Origin: Podarcis bocagei | Lineage: Eukaryota | DNA: 64,000 nucleotides | Reading direction: 5' to 3' (one strand) | NCBI GenBank assembly: GCA_964188305.1 | Contig: OZ076890.1 | Shown here: piece after piece, positions 60,386 to 64,000 of the stretch | How the letters are laid out: each line of letters begins with the position of its first letter | Numbering within the stretch: the first letter of the stretch is position 1 | Notes under the pieces: model-generated | What the model was told of the DNA's origin: nothing | Database searches by the model: none | What the model saw: the letters and a program-made list of their open reading frames with translations, nothing else | Program-made: the position numbers and the translations under genes

Positions 60386-61223
60386 GTTTCAAACCACCAG
60401 GTGTTGCCTCCAGAAGTTGCTTTGGGCTCCCATCAGCCACCCGCTGGCCCAAATTGGTCTCAGGGAAGAAGAGGAGGAGATGGGGGGAATTGTTCCAATC
60501 TAGCAAACATCTGGTTTGAAGAATGCACATAGATGTAGCCCCATATCTGCTTTAAAATTTACTTTTTTAAATGGCAATGCCACCATTTGGGAACAAAAAA
60601 AGGCAGCTCAGAAACAATGTTATTTTAAAAACACCCTCCCGCCTAGAAATGGCACCCCAACAGCAACCTTAGGATACAGAGCTGGAGGAGTAGCTTGACA
60701 GTAAGAGGGGAAAACATTGAAGGAAGAAAGAGGAAAGAGGCAGAGACAGATAGGCCTGGCCAGATCCTGAGGTTGCCTCTCCAGTCCCCCAGTCCACACA
60801 ACTTAGATTGCAACACACATGTTCTCCTTCTATGGAAGGAGAAGGGTCCTTTCTCCCTAAAGTGTGAGTGGGGGTGAGAGGCAGTCCCTCCTAATTTTCC
60901 CAGACCTCTCACCAAGGGTTGGACACTTGATGCTGCCTGCTATGCTTCTCAGCCCCCACAATTCACATGGCTTGGGGAGGAAGCCCTGCCTGTGAACTGG
61001 TGGCGTGGGAGGAGGCTGTTGAAGTGGGGGAAAGACCCTCTCTAAAAGGGTCTGAAAGGGGTACTTGTTCCCCACCTCACCCATTCATACAACCCAAAGA
61101 GAGTTCATGCAATGGGATGGATAAAGAGACACGCCGTCCCCACTTTCTCCCTAAAGGGTGCTGCCCCTGATCCTTTCCCCCCTCTCCCATCACCCTTCAC
61201 ATGACCCTGGTTAGAAGCACATA

Positions 61224-61462
61224 TTAAGTCCAGTCAAAGGTGACTATGGGGTGCGGTGCTCATCTCACTTTTAGGCCAAGGGAACCAGTGTTTGTCCGCA
61301 GACAGCTTTATGTGTCATGTGGCCAGCATGACTAAACTGCTTCTGGCACAATGGGATGAGTGCCAGAGAGCATGGAAATGCTGTTTACCTTCCCACCGCT
61401 GTAGTACCTATTTATCTACTTGCACTGGTATGCGTTCGAACTTCTAGGTTGGCAGAAGCTGG
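61224..61462 (-). mobile_element. Sauria SINE, truncated older copy
   Basis: TACCTATTTATCTACTTGCAC core, GGCCAGCATGACTAA. Confidence 0.85.
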
Positions 61463-61486
61463 TTTCATATATAGAGAGGGGGGATC

Positions 61487-61719
61487 TCTTAAAGTATTGT
61501 AAACAGAAGAGATATCGCCCCCCAGTGTTAACTGGATGATCCATTTGGTTGGAAACTTTATCTTATACCTCAAAGCACTAATTCAGTTATGAATAAAAAA
61601 TTCTGGCCTTCCACTTATTAGAGAACTTTAAAGCATCTGCTTTGAGTAGTTCTTAGAAGCAACAATGTACATTGCTTTAAAAACCCGCTTAGATAAGGCT
61701 GCCCTCTTTCTTAGAAAAT
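61487..61719 (-). repeat. Right arm of long inverted repeat
   Basis: Reverse complement of 59706-59941. Confidence 0.93.
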
Positions 61720-62504
61720 GTGGTTTATGGAAAGGAAAAAGCAAACCTTTTGAAACCTGTCACTGATGGCATATGTCAGCTTGATATCCATGGTCAAAAA
61801 TCAAAGTCCCATTGGATGAAGGGAAAAGTCACTTACCTCACAATTTTCCTGAGTGACAAAAAAAAAAAGATGGCATCTTCTCTTTCAAGGTTCTGCTTTG
61901 ATGCTTCTCCCTAGAAAACAGCAATTGAAAAGATTATTTTACTGCCAGTACTAAATAATGGAGTGTTCTTTGGCATTCAAAGGTCTAAAGCTCCCTGTGG
62001 TACAAATGACATTTGTACAGCAAGTTAAACTGCTTCGACAATAGAGTCTGGAGGAAACATAAAATGGATAGATTTATGACACAATTTTAACCCTACATTA
62101 ACAGATTTTCTGACAGATTCATCTGCTGGAACACCAATGATGCAAACACCTGTTGAGTCCTGATGAAGGCTAAGGTGATCCTCAACTCCCACAATATGTA
62201 TGTAGTGTTGTAGCATAATGTGAAAAGACAACTAGCCAGCAGTTCATTTACTGAAGGTGTGGAACCTTTGAGATGCAAATGAGATAATGACTGGGAAGTA
62301 TATAAGAGCACTTAATGAGGATCAAGGTTAGGATGAACTTGTATAGTGTTTTCTCTCCAGATTTAATGCACTGTTTCAACTCAAGTAGAGGTAATGCAAG
62401 ACAAATTATAACAATCAAGGATACAAAAACATTTCCACTATTGATTATGTAGGTTGCCAAGATGGGCTTTGTGGGAATCCATGTGAAATCAGCTATTACC
62501 TGAA

Positions 62505-62832
62505 AGTAGAGCAGAACTCAGAGCGTTGAAAGGGTCTTGAAAGTCATCGAGTCCAGCCCCCTTGCTCAGTGAAGGACCTGAATTGCAGACTGCAAGCGCA
62601 GCATCCCTCACATGTAGATGCCCAGTCTCTGCTTAAATCATACACCCCATGAATGGCAGCCCACTACCTCTCAAGGCAATTTGTTTCACTGTTAAGCAGT
62701 TCATGATGTTAGTGGTTTCTCCTAATGCTTCTCCAAAATCTGCCTGCTGTTTCTGTACATGGTTCCTGTCCTGCTCTCTGGACCAACATATAACAAGTTT
62801 GTTCTGTTTTGTACATGCCAGCCCTTCAGACG
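62505..62832 (-). mobile_element. CR1 LINE 3' end, old
   Basis: Colinear with 33590-33919 (GTCATCGAGTCCAGCCCC, CTCTGCTTAAA, TTCTCCTAATG). Confidence 0.75.
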
Positions 62833-62985
62833 CACCAGATACACTGATCTGGATTGGGCTATGTAAATACAGATGATGGAAAACTATTCATAGGGTCATT
62901 CATGTTTTGCAAGCTTCCCCAGGCCATCCGGTAGAACAAACCACACTCCTTGACCTAATATTGGATTCTGTGTGGCCACTGTATG

Positions 62986-63115
62986 GAGCACCTTAGGCTC
63001 TCCAGATGTTCCTGAACTGCAGCTCCCATCACTCATGGTCATTGGCCATGCTTGCTAGGGCTGGTGCGAGTTGTAATTCAGGAACATCTGGAGGGCCAAA
63101 GATTCCCCATTCCTG
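62986..63115. mobile_element. Short hAT-type palindromic MITE (family C)
   Basis: CTCCAGATGTTCCTGAA...TTCAGGAACATCTGGAG arms. Confidence 0.7.
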
Positions 63116-63310
63116 CTATGGGGGAAGAGAGATGCATCATATACCTTGGGATGGTTGAGGAAGTCATTCTTCAAGAATTCAGATATGCACCTTTTGGACA
63201 AAAGGGAAAAACTGAGCCTGAACAAAATGCTGTATCCTTCACATTCAAAATTAAACCAGACTTAAAAAGTGAAAAAACCTCACACAGATACTAATTAAAT
63301 TGTATACCTT

Positions 63311-63400
63311 TTCTTCTTCTTCTTCTTCTTCTTCTTCTTCTTCTTCTTCTTCTTCTTCTTCTTCTCCTCCTCCTCCTCCTCCTCCTCCTCCTCCTCCTCC
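63311..63400. repeat. Compound (TTC)n(TCC)n microsatellite
   Basis: Directly visible; polypurine/polypyrimidine tract. Confidence 0.97.
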
Positions 63401-64000
63401 TTTACATTTTTTCGCCTTCATCATACATGATTCCAGGTTAATTTATTTGTATTATTAGCATTTTTGGTACCACTGCAGTAGCCTGAGCTGTCTATCTATA
63501 CATCTCTGAGCTGGTTCAAATAATTCACATGGCCATGCTATTAACAGCAAGGTGGGGGAAAGCCCATGACAGCACTCTTATTTTGTCTTTATTGTTTCCC
63601 TCGCCGTGGGTAAGAGCAGCTTGAAGGAAGGGCAGTTTGGATTGGTTCAGTAATAAAAATAGTAGGAAAATTACTGTTTTCTTAAGGAATAATGCATAAG
63701 TTCAAATAGCTCTAGTTTTTCTTCCAAGACAAGTGCTTCATTAGCTTAAAATATACTGCATTATCACTCATTTATATTACCCTTAAAATGAAAAGTAGGC
63801 AAGCTTTCTCAAAACCATTCTAATTTAAACCTATTCCGCTTCCTTAACCGATAAGCAAATAAAATAAACCACTTGGGCTGGATAGATTTCTACTTGCTGT
63901 TTTCCTTCTGCAACCCTCATATAATTTGTTAACTTTTGACATTCATGCTGTATCCCAAGCGCCAGGGGGAATTGTCAGTAACTGGGGGAGCACCTTGCCT

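Noticed and set aside
62153-62186. Hammerhead/Penelope-like GTTGAGTCCTGATGAAGG...CTCAAC
   Set aside because: Lacks the GAAA core and stem III; at most a decayed relic

Overview
Eukaryotic genomic DNA from a squamate, most likely a lacertid lizard such as Podarcis. That assignment is an inference from the Sauria SINE copies and the Bov-B, RTE, CR1 and L2 LINE 3' ends. The window is repeat-rich intronic or intergenic sequence with no identifiable complete protein-coding gene. Nearly all ORFs in the track are chance ORFs, decayed LINE fragments or by-products of GC-rich palindromic repeats. A few minus-strand segments with canonical splice signals (19224-19274, 11944-12035, possible first exon 9396-9524) may belong to an unidentified host gene. 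Well-supported features are seven Sauria SINEs, five copies of one Tigger-like MITE, other Tc1/mariner and hAT non-autonomous elements with TIRs and TSDs, solo LTRs and a 1.95-kb L1-like non-autonomous retro-insert with a 14-bp TSD. The most unusual structures are: (i) non-autonomous DNA transposons of two unrelated superfamilies (Tc2-like 46151-47760 and hAT 51872-53598) whose interiors are tandem arrays of GC-rich nested hairpins, including a flip/flop palindrome; (ii) a ~235-bp inverted repeat pair enclosing 1.55 kb (59706-61719); (iii) a pre-miRNA-sized hairpin inside an LTR-like element (1500-1602). Family names come from recalled consensus features, not database searches, and ends of decayed elements are approximate.
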